63,659 nt of DNA, filler included, from Reticulomyxa filosa (GCA_000512085.1; 16 parts of 16 records of this genome joined end to end with filler, not necessarily neighbours in it), one strand, 5' to 3'; positions 38,101 through 51,657 are shown, numbered from the whole stretch's first letter. Notes: generated by a model not told the origin, from the sequence alone. A program made the numbers and translations.

Positions 38101-40383
38101 GACAATATTTCAAGACTAAAGCCTTGTCGTTTGACAAACTTAAATTTACTCGGAAATGAAATTACACAATGTGCTGGTTTTGTGTCATATGTATGCTATC
38201 ATCTGCCAAATGTGCAAGTTAAGAGCTTCATTATGCTTATTTCCGTCGCAAATGGTAACTAAAAACGACTTTTTTCAATATACCCCCCCGTTCTAGATTT
38301 TGAACTTACAACAAAGAAACAATTGGTCTGATCTCAATGAGTCTATTTCGTCAATGTGTGATGAAAAGGATTGGGAAATATTTCTTTGTGATAAATTCAA
38401 TAGTAACAAGAAATCAAATACAAAAACGCTAGATATTTGTTTTAAAATGCAAAATATCCTAAGCCCACGATTACCTCAAGATTGGTCTTTGTGGAAAGAC
38501 GTTGTTGTTGATTTGGACCTATCTGCCTCTAAACTTATCGAGTGGCCTCATGTGCTTCGACAAATGTCCAATTTGAAAAATTTGAATCTTTCTCATAACT
38601 ATATATACAACATTGAACACAGTCGGTTTTGCACATCTATTACCGAACTGGACCTAAGTCATAATCAGCTGCAAAGTGTGGACGACTTGGCATGTAGTTT
38701 TAAAGAAGAAACGTCCCCAAGACTAGTGGAGTCCTATGGGTTGATAAAATTGGACATTGCATTCAACAACATTCAAGATTTGACGCCACTACTTAAGTAT
38801 AAATATAGTTTAAAAGCACTGAATTGCTCAGACAACAAAATTGACCACTCTTTTGGAACGACGATCTCACAATTTTTGAATTTGAGACAATTGGATTGTT
38901 GTAGCAATCAAATATCTGAGAGCAGACAATTGTATAGTCTCAAACTACTGACTCAGCTCTCTATACTTGACTTGACAGGTGGCTCTACTTTTTTGGATAC
39001 CTCTTGGGAAGAAAAAAAAAAGAGGTGACTCTAAAAAAAAAAAAAATATCATTGCGGATTGAATAGATAATCCTATCACTAAGTGTCTCAACAACTACAG
39101 AAAATATGCCATTTACTGCTGCAAATCTTTATGCGTCTTAGACGGGAAGACAGTAACAAATACAGAAACAGAAGATGCACGTTCATTATATCAAGGCAAA
39201 TTGCACAAAGATTTTTTGCTGGACAAAATTGGACACGTTCCTTTTGAACATATCCAAATTTTGGACGTGTCTTCTTCGTTGAGTGCCAAGGACTGAGAGT
39301 TGTCCTCACTTCTGCTTAGTTGAAACGATCAAATTGTTTTGTTGATTTGTCTTTGTCTGTAGAGAAATCCGAACATTGGAAGGAATAGACGCCACTTGTT
39401 TTTGCAATCTACGTGAAATTCATTTAGACAGAAATAGTATCATTGATTTGTCCCAATTGTGTAATTTGAAATCTTTGATAGTCTTGAAAGCGAACCATAA
39501 TCAAATCAACAGTGTAAATAATGGAAGTTAGTTTTTTTTAAACATTATGCCCCCCTCTGACAACTGCTTATATTCGTGTCTTGTTCCCATTTGTTGCTCT
39601 CTAACAGGGTTGGGTGATCTCAAAAAGTTGGAAATTTTGGAGCTTTCTCACAACAAAATTCACTCCGTTGCTTCTCTTGGTATTGAAGGTGCGTCTTCTC
39701 TTCAGAATCTTGATCTATCTTACAATGACATTAAAACATTGGATGGACTAAATGATTTGAAGAATTTAAGATCTCTTAACTTGGATGCCAACAAAATTCG
39801 TAGGTTATCTGGTCAACAAAGTGTCTTGGCAAACATGCAGGAGGTACGTACGCAAGCATTTGCGAAAATAAACATATAAACTCTGTTTAAACTTTTTGCT
39901 AATAACAAAGGTCGTGAAAATTTTTGTTCTCCTTTTAATATACAGTTTTCAGTGCAAAGTAATGGATTATGCACGCTGCAGCATATTGAATTTATGCCTC
40001 AACTAAAAGTGATAAATATGCAAGACAATCGCATTCCGCATATCGCTGATATAAAAAATATTAAAAATTTAGCAAATTTGAACAAAATAAATCTACTCAA
40101 AAATCCTTTGGTTCGCAAAGAAGGTTTAATCGAATTTATATTATTAACTTGTCCAAACATAATGTCCATCAACGGTGAAGATGTTTCAAACATCCAAGAA
40201 ATAGTTGGACTACGAGAACAAGAGCAGCAAACGTCAGCAGAAGCGCTCGTTAATGCTATTTGTGAGAATACAACGCAAATCAAAAACGATATGTTACATA
40301 GTAGTATGAGTGTAGTCAAGTTACAAAATTTCAATTTGGAACAAATTAAGACAACAAGATTTCCAAATTCGAAATTCAAGTAG
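35186..40383 (+). CDS. LRRC9: Leucine-rich repeat protein 9 homolog (N-terminal LRRs, central PARP-like region, C-terminal LRRs), many exons
   Basis: SDS22-type LRRs; LRR cap DPHFGSNPLCDMGNYHVYALH..LDG; KKLVYYNMQ; GNIRF..DW..RIYKIEN, all matching LRRC9 motifs as recalled. Short GT-AG introns link the ORFs. Confidence 0.85.
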
Positions 40384-40699
40384 ATTTTTCGAAAATGCAA
40401 TTTTTGATATTTGACAACTTTCTTTTAGTCTTTGTTGAAATTGTCTGGGTCAAATTTTTTGTGTTATGATTGCAATACAAAAACTATGCACACGTATTTA
40501 CCTTTTTATGTATCATTACTTATTTTATAATGTTTAATCGAGAATCACAAAACAACTTCACACTAATTCACTGCTACATGGAGATAAAAATTAGTTATTC
40601 AGTTAATGATTGGCGGGGCTATTTCATGAGAGAAAGCACAACATTTGTGTGATATATGTTAATAATTATTTTATACAAGCTATATTTAAAAATTATATA

Positions 40700-41606
40700 C
40701 AGTAGAATGCAAAGTAAAATTGACACTTAAAACGGCACATTATATAGATGATTGATTTTCTTCATGAAAAAATAACATAATTCTTTATAAAAAATATCTA
40801 TAAATTGTGTATTTTTAAATATCATTTTGGTTTTTTATTACATATTTACTAATTATTTCAATATTTTATACTTTATTTTTCTTTTTTTTTAGTTTAAGTA
40901 TAGCTCGATGTTTGAGTTTTTTAATCATTTTTATTTTTTTTGAAAATGACTAAATGAGTTTAGAATTTTAACATTGCGCAAACTCCAGCACTGAATTACA
41001 GATCAACACTACGCACTAAGTGCAAAAAAAATTCGTGTAAGTCATTAATATTTGTAAAATGCTCAAAAGCATTAATTGATATTTAGAATATGGATATTTC
41101 AGCAAGATAATACAGCTAGCCATACAACAGTTACAGTAAAAAAATAGTTTGAACAAAATACTATTAAAGTATTGGATTTCAATATAAATTCTCCAGACAT
41201 GAACCCAATCGAAAATGTGTTGTAGAGTAAAAATATATATATAAAAATAAAACATTCAGATCAAAAGAATTTTGTAAACAAGTTGAATTATAACGTGAAA
41301 AAATTGATAAAGAAACATGCAAAAACTTAACAAAATCAATACCAGAACGAATACGAGTATTATACAATGCAAAAGATAATTTGTCAACTTTTTCTCGAAA
41401 ATTTTCAAAAATCAATAAAATATTCAAATTTTTCAAATAATTATGAAAAATTAATAAAAAACAAAAATGATATTTAAAAACTACTATTTGTAGATTTTTT
41501 CTTTTAAATAAAAAAAAATTATGTCTGAATGTTGTCTTTTATGAAGAAAATCAATCATTTTTATAATGTGATATTTTAGATTTCAACTTTCTTTTGCATT
41601 ATACTG
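40700..41606 (+). mobile_element. Internally deleted Tc1-family (DD34E) DNA transposon with long TIRs and TA target-site duplication
   Basis: TA|CAGTAGAATGCAAA... at 40700 and ...TTTGCATTATACTG|TA at 41606; TIR similarity extends roughly 150-200 bp. Internal WIFQQDNTASHTT...NSPDMNPIENV with D at 41106 and E at 41211 (34 residues between, one in-frame stop), then IDKETCKNLTKSIPERIRVLYNAK. Confidence 0.9.
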
Positions 41607-42731
41607 TAATTTTATTTTTGATTAGCTCTTGTCATAATTGAGATAATATAAATATTTTAATTAACTATATTTGTAACAATTCAATCTTTTAAAATTCTTC
41701 AAATATTATGTATTCACAGCATTATGTCCCCTTTGGCAATTATCAAATCATATCTTGTTCAAATTAATAAATCATTTTATGTGTTTTATTTTCATTCTTT
41801 GTGTTTGCATTTCATTATTCTTACTTTTTTAATTTCAGTTGATTTTTTTTCAACATCATTCAAATTTTTTTTATTTCTTTTATTATCTGATTTATTAATT
41901 TATTCGTTTTCATTTTCCAAATATCTACCAACATGCAATAATATCATTTTAAATTTTGTTAAAATTTTTATTTCTTTAATTTCATTATTGTATCATTTTA
42001 TGTCATTACAACAGCATATACATCACGTTGCAAACGTGTTTTTACGAGGTCAGCCAAAAGCAACAATAGCGTTTAATGTGACAACATCTTTAATTTATTG
42101 CTTTCTTTTCTTCTTTGGTTCATTGATAAAACAATATAATGATAATTTAAAATGATTAGCACAATAATTTTGTCTTAAAAACGTTTTTAGACCCTTGATT
42201 TTGTGTTGACCCAATGAAAAAAAACACTTCGTACATTTATGTTAAATTTAATTAATTTACTTTGATAATAAAGCGAATACTATTCACGCTACTTTTTCAT
42301 ATTTACATTTAGTTTTGAAAAGTCAAGTGGTTTTTCTTTTTTTTCAAATAAAAACGACTTTGTCTTATCATCTACATATTAAATTGGAACAAATTTAACT
42401 GAACCAATGCTGTTTATATCAAATATTTTTATAAATTGAAAACAAGGCAATCAAAGCAAATGTATATATTTATTGCCCTCTCTTTATCAAGCAACTTTTT
42501 GAGGTGATTGACGCTAAACAAAAGATAAAACGAGTTATTCTAGTTTCTTAAAAAGGAATTCATATTTAATAAAGTTTTTCCAAAAATACTGAAAAAATAT
42601 AAGCTAAAAAATGAAACCTAATTGAATAACTTTGAAGAATCATGCACAAAAAAAAATATGAAAATCGTGGATGCAAAGTTTGTCTAAAGGGTGAATTAGT
42701 TCGCTTACTTTGACTAAGCAATCTTTCGAAT

Positions 42732-43210
42732 ATGACAGCACCTCATACGAAGAAAGGTTCATTAGAGGTGGCTGATGTCATCAGAAGACGTTCAGTTAGT
42801 TCTAATTTGCCAGAGCGTCAGTCGTCGCAAAAAGCAATGGTTCACGTTTCTACAACAAACAACAACAAAAAAAAGGAAATAATAAAATAAAATCGAAACA
42901 AGAATTCAAAGAGACAAAAATCAAAACAAATGCAAAACAATATTAAAAGGCACAAGCATTAGGAGTGGAAGAGATGATAGACGCAGACAGTCCGAATGTG
43001 GCGATAGGGGTATGTAAACTGCAGACAAAAAGTGTTGACCATTCATCATTAAAAAACAACGACGTACACGAGAGCAATTTTTCCATAAGGAAAAAATGAC
43101 AAAGCTGAAGCAATATTTTACACAACAAAAAAAAAGGGCGAAGGCATCCCAGTTGAACTATTGGAAGCAGATGCGAGAGCAGAGATATTGACCTTGTTGG
43201 CTCAAAAAGT
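42732..43210 (+). CDS. 5' exons of a hypothetical protein (frameshifted in homopolymers)
   Basis: MTAPHTKKGSLEVADVIRRRSVSSNLPERQSSQKAM|GT..AG|AQALGVEEMIDADSPNVAIG...EGIPVELLEADARAEILTLLAQK. Confidence 0.35.
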
Positions 43211-43460
43211 TTAAACATGTGACAAATTTCAAACATATTTGTTTTTGAGGATTTGTATACAACGATCATTAATGAATCTTGTTTTAATTTTTTTTTTTTT
43301 TTTTTTNNNNNNNNNNNNNNNNNNNNNNNNNNNNNNNNNNNNNNNNNNNNTTAATTAATTAANNNNNNNNNNNNNNNNNNNNNNNNNNNNNNNNNNNNNN
43401 NNNNNNTCTCTCTCTCTCTTCTCTGAAAGGAGGAAAAAGAAAAAAAACACAAACTATAGG

Positions 43461-44615
43461 TTGCAGATATCCTTATCACGGTTTCGTTTTTGGCAGATAG
43501 CGATCAATTGATAAATTTAATTTCTGAAGTGGGCTACAGGTTAGTTCAAAGGACAAATAAAATCCCTCCGCAAACAACTACAATATTTCAATTCACACAA
43601 CCCACTGCGTCGCTGCGGAGAATGCAACATACTCGTGCTCACAACAAACATCGCTTTGCATCCGGTGGCATTGATGAAGAACAAGAGTTACAAGACCTGT
43701 GCATTGAGAGGATGAGAAAGCATCTCTTCCCATATCTCGAAGAGGCAGTAAAACACGAAAAAGCACCCAACCATATGCGATCTCACAGCAGTTTGGATGT
43801 AGCCTCTTCCACCTTTAATGTTTCGGTCACTTCTCCAAGACATTCTGGCGCTGACAATCGTTTCCAGACCACTGTATTGACTAAGTCAGGTACGTACAAA
43901 TACAAGGAGAAAAGTATATCTTATTGTGTGTCATTGAGGGGTGGTATTGCGATGTATATTGCAACAGCATTAGAAGCATTAACTAGCAGTCGACCCAGTG
44001 TTTTGACAAATCTGGATGTTCCTTCCCACGCAAGTGACAACGCCGCTTTGTCCTTCTTTACAGCACCTTTGCAGCATCGGACAAAACCAAAGTTGTCGCA
44101 AATACCAGTAAATGAAGAAAAAAAGAACGATGATGAAAATGATGATGATGCACATCTAGAAATCAAAGAAACAGAAGAAGAGCACTCTTATGCATCTGTC
44201 CTTTCGGAGCATTCCACAAGTATCCATATTTTAGGAAAAAGTACAGTTACGTTAGTTTTGTTTTTTTATTGAGGAAATCAAGTACGGGAAAAAAAAACTT
44301 AATACAAATCAAAAGAAATCAGCAGCAGACGATGAAACGGATGACTCAATGAAACATGTGCAAAGATCAAAATATATTGAGTCTCTTGAACATGCTGCGC
44401 AAAAGGTAACGAAAGAAACAGCTCCAAAGAAGAAACTTGGAGTGCAAGTGACAAACAGAGAAGCAGACGAATATAGTGGAACACACGACCAAGCAGTACA
44501 ATCTGCAGCAGCTATCGACCAGGGGCAAGAAACAGAACCCGAGTCAAGCTTTGGTGAAAACTTACCACCTGGATCGCCATTTTTGCTGTCTATGGGTACA
44601 GTAGAGATGAAATAG
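43461..44615 (+). CDS. 3' exons of a hypothetical protein
   Basis: 260-aa and 88-aa co-oriented ORFs separated by a short AT-rich probable intron; no family recognised. Confidence 0.55.
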
Positions 44616-44913
44616 CTCTCAAGAGCTTTTTTTTTCCTCAATTAGATACTATAAACTTACTTCTTTGTTCAGGTTTTTTTTCTTTTTTTTTGTTTGTTTG
44701 CGTTTTGTTTCTTTTTCTTCCTCAGTAGGAAACTGTTTTTTTTAAAATGGAAAAAATTTTGAGCGGGATGTGTTGTTTGTTTATTTCGGTTCGGAAAGGC
44801 AGAAAAGCTTAAAATAATTTATGTCATACTGAAATCTAAGCCAAGTCATCTGTTGATGTGTAAGAATAAACTAACAATTGTCATTTAATTCATAAATAAT
44901 TCTTTTGGTTATT

Positions 44914-46782
44914 TCATTCGCCATTTTTTTTTTTATACATTCGATTCAATTTCGCTGCTGGCTTTGAAGAAATTTTTGTATTTTTGGCAGACATTGTCAT
45001 CCTCTTATTTTGCTTCAATTTTTTTAGTTGTACTTGTTTTGTTTGTAATCTCGGAGCATTCCAAGACAAAATATCGCGTACATTTTCTTCTTTGTTCCCA
45101 TTTTCGTTTGTATTTTCAAAATTATAACCCATTTGTTTTTTTTTCTTTTCTCTTACGAATCTTTGAATTTGTGCCTTTTTGTTGTTTGTAATAGCACGAG
45201 CAGTTCTTCCTACTGATTTCATCAAGTATTTGCTTTTACCATATTGAAAAGATTTCCAGCCAAACATGTCACGAAAATCTCTTCCAACAGGTTGCTCATC
45301 GTTTTTGACCAATTTACCAGCAGTATTGTCAATTGTTTCTTTATCTTCATTTTCAAATTGTAAGTTCTTAGCATCTGTGTCGCGAAAATCAAGAAGTAAA
45401 TCATTATCTTCCTTTTTGGGCGACCTTTCAGTGTCATTATCAGCTTTTGCCGAATCATCTTCGTCACGGACCTCCCATTCATTGTTGTCATTATGTCTTA
45501 GTTTTTGTCTATATTTGTCAATAATGTTTGCTTGTTGTTCGATGCTACTTTCAATTTGTAGACGTTTTTTAGTCTCCGTAAGTGAGTCATTGACCCATCC
45601 ATCCACTGGTTGATCTTCTTTTTCAGTTGTACTCTCCATTTGTTTTTTTTTCATTTCAATCAAATAATCTAAATCCCGAGTGGCTCTGTTATTGCGGTCT
45701 CGAGATTCTTCACTCTTAATTTTGTTAATATCACTACCCTCGGTGATTCTCAGATCTGTAAATTTGCCTTTCTGTCGCATCAATGGATGTTTTCGCAATT
45801 CCTCTGGGTCGTTTAAATATCGGGATTGTAACTTGCTGATGACGGACTAGCAAAGTTATATTTTCAGTTTATGAGTTGTTCTTTTTTTTTTTCCTACATG
45901 AAACAATACTTTTTTTTTATGGTTAAAAAAAAAAAAAAAGAGTCATAACTGCTCGTTTAATTAATACAGACTCCATCAATTGAGAACACTCCGCTTCATA
46001 TCTTTTCAAAGAAAAAGGTCGCATAGTGATTCCAATATGGCGTTCGATATCTTGTAGCAAAGTGATATCATATTGTGACATAAAAGTGATACTGACACCA
46101 TGACGATCGACTCGACCACAGCGACCAATGCGATGTACATACTCCAAAGGGGTCCTGGGGATATCAAAATTGATGACCATTTCGACTTGAGGGATATCCA
46201 AGCCACGAGATGCAACGTCACTGCAAATCAAAACGCGTTTATACCCTCCGCGAAAAGCGAACAAGTTTTGTAAGCGTGTGAGTTGTTTCAAATTCCCATG
46301 CAACTCACTGACAGGTAGGCCAAATTTGCGCAGTAAGCCGGCCATGATTTGGCAATATTCTCGAGTGGACACAAACACAATGACGGATTTGCGCGCAAAT
46401 TTCTCTGATTTCAGCAATGTCACCAAATACGACTCTTTGCTCATTTCCGGCATGAATGCATAATATTGTGCAACATTGGTCGCTGTTTCCAAAGAGAACT
46501 CAGAACCATCGATGAACACCGGTTTCCTTGGTTTCGTGTCTTGTATCGTGTCTTTTTTGTTCTTGTAGTGCTGCAATGCTTGTGTGTAGATCTGTGTCAT
46601 CGACTCATCCAACGTAGCGCTGAACAACAATGTCTGTCGAGATTGCGCAGGAGGTAGTCTTTGGAATATTTTCTGCAACGCTGGCATATAATTCTTTTTT
46701 CCCAATAGTTCATCCGCTTCATCGATTACCAGATATTTCAAGTCTTCCACCGGAAATTCCATGCCGCCATCTAGCAAATCCG
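44914..46782 (-). CDS. DDX49: DEAD-box RNA helicase DDX49/Dbp8-like, 5'-truncated, with a long charged C-terminal extension
   Basis: LVIDEAD, RQTLLFSAT, LHGNLKQ..R, DVASRGLDIPQV, YVHRIGRCGR, SQYDI.LL..IE. Intron 45949-45847 joins in frame to the 44914..45798 ORF. Confidence 0.82.
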
Positions 46783-46979
46783 CTATTTTTTGTTTTTTTT
46801 TTTNNNNNNNNNNNNNNNNNNNNNNNNNNNNNNNNNNNNNNNNNNNNTTAATTAATTAANNNNNNNNNNNNNNNNNNNNNNNNNNNNNNNNNNNNNNNNN
46901 NNNATATTTTAAAAAACATATATAAATATATATATATGTATATATGCATAAAAAAAAAAACGTAACAATTTTAATAAAT

Positions 46980-48772
46980 CTTGCAACATTGTCTTAATCT
47001 TGAATTCAAATTGCGCAATTTCCATCAAAAACAAAAGGATAGCTTTGGCATCAACAATTTCGACAATTCTCTTTCGTAATTTTTCATTGGCACATTGTTG
47101 GTGCAACATGATCCAACGCAAAGTCACATTCATATCACGAAGAGAATTCAGTAAGGGGATCAAATTATCCATCACATATTCTTCTGTTAGAACACCATCT
47201 GTCAAATATTCCTGCAATGACTTTCGAAGGCGAGGGATCTATTTTCATTCATTCAAATGTCAATCTTTACACAAAAAAAAAAAAAAAAAAAAACATAAAT
47301 ATGTATATGTATATACATTATATGTGATATACATGTACATATGCATAAATGTATAACACAAACAAAGACAATTGCAACTAACTGCAATGGTGACATTTTT
47401 GACAATGTTGTCGACATTGACTTTTTCCATGGTATTTTTCAGTGCCATCTTGGCTGCTTTGTAGGGTTCCCACCAGTCATTCAAATCCACAAGTACGCCC
47501 ATGTACACTGGAATTAGCCAGTTGTCATTGAAGTGGCGATCCACTATGCCACGCATAGTTGCCTTTTTTGAAAGTTATCATTATCAAAGCAATGCCATTT
47601 TTTTTTGTTTATTCCTCCTGCATGCTCCCTTTTTTTGCAAAAGATAAAGAAACCAATCAAAATTAACTTCTTGTTTGTCGAGAATTTGTGGGGCAAAATA
47701 TAGTATCACATATAACATTGATGCTTGTGTGGCGAGCATTGTCGTGCGATGCTTGGGACTGTTCCCACGAGAGAGAAAGAGGGAGAAGGAGGGGAAAAAA
47801 AAAACATGAACATAAAATGCATATATGTGCATTCAAATCGAGAGAAGAGAGAAAAATAAATAAATAAGAAAGACTGTGTCTAAATCTCAACGAAGGATAA
47901 GAAGTATGTGCGTTGTAAATATCAGAGCCACGCAATCGACCAACGACCATATCAACCAAATCTGGTGGCATTGGGAATCTAACCCAAAAAAAATTCAGAC
48001 AATTTGTGTTTTATTTAGATCCTTCTCTTTGTCATTTCAATATAAACTTCCAAAAAAAAAAAGATACACTTTTTTTTCCCCTCCCCCCCCCATTCTCAAA
48101 AAAAATAAAAATAATAACAGCATAAATGAACCTGCCAAAATAGTTTTCAGGATAGCTCTTTGGACGTTTTGCGTTCCATCCAATCATCCCGGTGCTTCGA
48201 CATAGCTTAACAACGTCACGGATGCTCGATTCAACTAAGGATGGTTTGTAACGGTAATACATCATCACAATTTTTTCTCGGACGTGTCCTGCGATTTTTA
48301 GGTCCAACAGTAGTAACATGACTCCGTACAAATATATCCCCTCACTAATCAATTGCACTCCGTCTGTGTCGGTGAGCAGTGACTCTAAGGAATACTGCAA
48401 AAATGCTCCATCTTTCACTTGTGACACAAACGACAACAGATCTCGATGGTATCTCACAATACTTTCAAACAATTCAAAGAAGCGTTGTAAAATATCAATA
48501 TGATTTTCTCGAAATGTATCATCCAAATCCAACAGTACTTCACTCTTTTCGATTTGCGTATCCAATTGCTCCTGCTTGTTGAGATATTCAAAATCAAATA
48601 TTATGTCTTTGTAACGGGCTTGCTCTCTTGCGTCTTGTCCTGTAAACACTCCTGGAATGTGATCGCTTAAGCGCAACATCTCTGCCAAGATACTACTGCC
48701 ACGGCTCACCAATTTTAGTAATGTCTGGCCAGCAGTATTGTTGGTATGCAAAAAATCACTTGGGAATTCCAT
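46980..48772 (-). CDS. WASHC5: WASH complex subunit 5 (strumpellin), 5' part, multi-exon
   Basis: [31 protein letters not shown]; [10 protein letters not shown]; YPENYFGR; [16 protein letters not shown]; [13 protein letters not shown]; [10 protein letters not shown]; [10 protein letters not shown]. Confidence 0.95.
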
Positions 48773-49383
48773 CGTTGGTCGCTTTCTTCCTTCGTTGTGG
48801 AAGCGATGATGTCAATATCTACTTTACAAAAAGTGGAGTAGCCAGAAAGTTCGCTCCTGTTACTCAAAGTCTTAAGTGTTAAAGCAATTTTGAGATGTCC
48901 TAACTAAAACAACCTTTACGCAATCTCTAAATATAAGATGTACCTCAACAATCAATTTTAAATTACTCATCTTGAGTTATAATATTATGGAGTGTTTGAA
49001 AACTAGTGCAAAGTTATTATTTTTGTTAAGTAAATTTTGGATATGTTCATCGCCCGAAAAATGAAAGGTCTTGTGAGGTATCTTGATTGCGAGAAAGAAC
49101 AAAAACGTCCTGATTAATGTAACTATCATCATAACACATTATTAAAAAATAAGCGTTAAGTGCAAAAAATTTAGGTTTGTTAGAGTTTTTGCAATGTTAT
49201 TGTAGGTTAAAAACCGTTTTGGATGCTTTGACTTCCAAAGAGAGTATAAAAGTCAAAAAAAGTTATGTTTTTTGCAATTTGTTGACTCGTGTATAATGCA
49301 AACCAATTTCAAAGCAAAACACGACCAAAAAAAAAAAATTTTTCAAATGAAAATACAGCATATCCCGACTAACTTTCCCAATT

Positions 49384-50475
49384 TTATGAGTAAATAGTGA
49401 AAGTTGGGCCCATGGAAGACTTGATATGAATCTATAGAATTGTGTGAACAAACCAAAAAATATGATGAATTTAAAAGTTTATATGTATGGACATTTTGTT
49501 GCGGACAAGTGTGAAAAATTTAACTTTTTTGACGTTTTGCCATGATTTTTTCATCAACGAGATGACATAGTTGACTGTGGCAGTGATGTTTTCTTCCAAT
49601 TGTTCAGGAGTCATTTCAACATGACCAACAGGTCCGCTCATGCACATTGGGGCTCCTACTTTAAATTTCACGCTGAACTTCACTTGCTTGTTCATGCCTT
49701 CAACTCTCTCTTGAATCTTTTCATTGGGACGCATTGCTGCTGGGAATTTGCCCATTTTGTTCAGTGTAGGTCCCAACAAACGTGGCACTTGACGAATAAT
49801 GGTCGCGCTGGCAATTAATTGGTCATATGATTTGGCTAATTTTCAGACAACATTTACAAATGATCAAACAATGGTTTTTATTCCCTATTTCAACTGTGCC
49901 CTCTTCGATTTTTTGTCACAATGGTCTTTTTTTCTCTTATGAAAAAAAAAGGAAGAAAAATTGACCAACGAAATATCGCAACATCAACCACACAATAAAA
50001 AAAACACCAAAGTCGACAACACAAATACTTACCCAAATTTTTCACAATCTTTTTATCTCTGTTTATTTTCTTGAGCTCGTCCAGACTCCTGGAATCTAAT
50101 CCTAAGGCTTTAGCTTCATCCAAATGCTCCTCATTTCCCAACACTAAGCATCGAAATTTCTTTCTTGGGGCGTGTGGTAACGATGTTTGGCCTTGCAATC
50201 TTTTGTCTCTTGCAGGGTCAAAGTTTTTTAAACCAAAGTGAATCTCGACTGTTTCCACAAATTGTCGTTTTTTCACATTTTTCGAGTGATGCAACAAGGC
50301 TGCAATTGAATCTTTCAGGATTTCTTGGTGAAGTTTCTTGCTGTTTATTGGAACACACATACATTATTTCCCTTTGTGGTCCAAGAAAAGAATTTGTCGC
50401 CATTTTCGCGCAAAACAAAATTCAAACACGGCCAGTGAAAACAAATGATACACATGCGGAAGTTACTTACGACAT
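49384..50475 (-). CDS. RPL10A: 60S ribosomal protein L10a (uL1); exons 50475-50471, 50340-50033, 49835-49525, 49431-49384
   Basis: MSKKLHQE...KKRQFVETVEIHFGLKNFDPARDKR...IIRQVPRLLGPTLNKMGKFP...KKSWQNVKKIHIKSSMGP. Canonical GT-AG introns keep the frame. Confidence 0.95.
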
Positions 50476-50829
50476 GGCTTTTGATTGCAAGCACTTTCTC
50501 AAGGAAAAGAAAAGTCTGTTTTATCAACAATCCCACTTCAAAAAAAAAAAAAATTTACTTTTTGCCCGCAACTAAAAACGGTTCCATATACTTACATTGT
50601 ATTTGACCTGTGCAAACAAGGATAATGCAAATTTACATTCTGTAATACTACTTAGTGTGTACGTCAATTGGATAAAAATTTAAAACTTTGAACTAACATG
50701 AATAAACGACAGATGTATCAAAGAAGAAATTTCGTATCATCAACTGAACTAAAGACTACATATCCATCAAGTTGTATTGAAGTAATTTTTAAATTTGATT
50801 AACTTTTTTTGACTATGAAATGTTTGTAA

Positions 50830-51657
50830 ATTGTTGAGACAAATTAACACTACTGACTCTCAAACGCGTCCACTGTATCATGTTTGATAATTAACAAAGT
50901 TTATTAGTCGATTCATTCTATGCTAGGTTTAAAAAATTAAAAGCGTTGTAAGTACATTGCTACAAACGCACGACCAACCAAAAAAAAAAAATTTATAAAA
51001 GTTTTAAAATGACAAATAATGCACCAAATTGAATAATATCTAAAAAAAAAAGTTTGAAGTATTCATAATTTGTTCTTAGTATTAAATTGATAATAGTTAC
51101 TTAAATTTATCTGACGTGATTTAAATTTAACATTTGCCTAGAAATACAAATGATGAATATTGTATGAATGGTACAAAGTAATGATCAGACAAAAGTAAAT
51201 TTCAGCTTTTTGGAATGCATTAGAATCGGCCAAATGAACTAATCAAATAATCTATATAAAAAATAACAATAAATTGTTAATGCCATTTTATGTATTTGTA
51301 TGCAAGATCATCAAATATTAGAAATATTGACAATGTACATAATGACAAACTTTATGTTAAAATTCTTGAAGAAGATTTCGAATTTATATTATGTAATAAA
51401 CAAGAAAGATGTTATCTTTCAGCAAGATAATGACACAAAACGTAGTACAGTATTAACAAAAAATATATCAATATGAACAAGATTAAATTGTTTAATAGAC
51501 ATGCGCAATACAACGGTCTTAACACAATATAGGATTATGTGCTGAAGTAAGAAAAATCTTAAGCTAGTAGAGTGAAACAAATAATATCAATGATCAGCCT
51601 TTCCGTTTTAGTGGAGACTTGACAACGTTCGATTATGAACATTTTGAACCTGCTTGT
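50830..51657 (+). mobile_element. Highly decayed Tc1-family transposase
   Basis: Ordered fragments LTFA*KYK..EWYKVM, DQTKVN, IDNVHNDKLYVKILEED, DVIFQQDNDTKRSTVLTK (D at 51426), NKIKLFNRHAQYNGLNTI. Many stops and frameshifts; boundaries approximate. Confidence 0.7.

Noticed and set aside
41724-42155. Hydrophobic 143-aa plus-strand ORF and many similar F/L/K-rich ORFs in the track
   Set aside because: Shadow ORFs of AT-rich or opposite-strand sequence; no domain evidence.
49836-50470. Intronic snoRNA or YY1/ETS-like motifs in RPL10A introns
   Set aside because: A CTGA lies near the end of intron 2 but there is no convincing C box or terminal stem; the short motifs can occur by chance.
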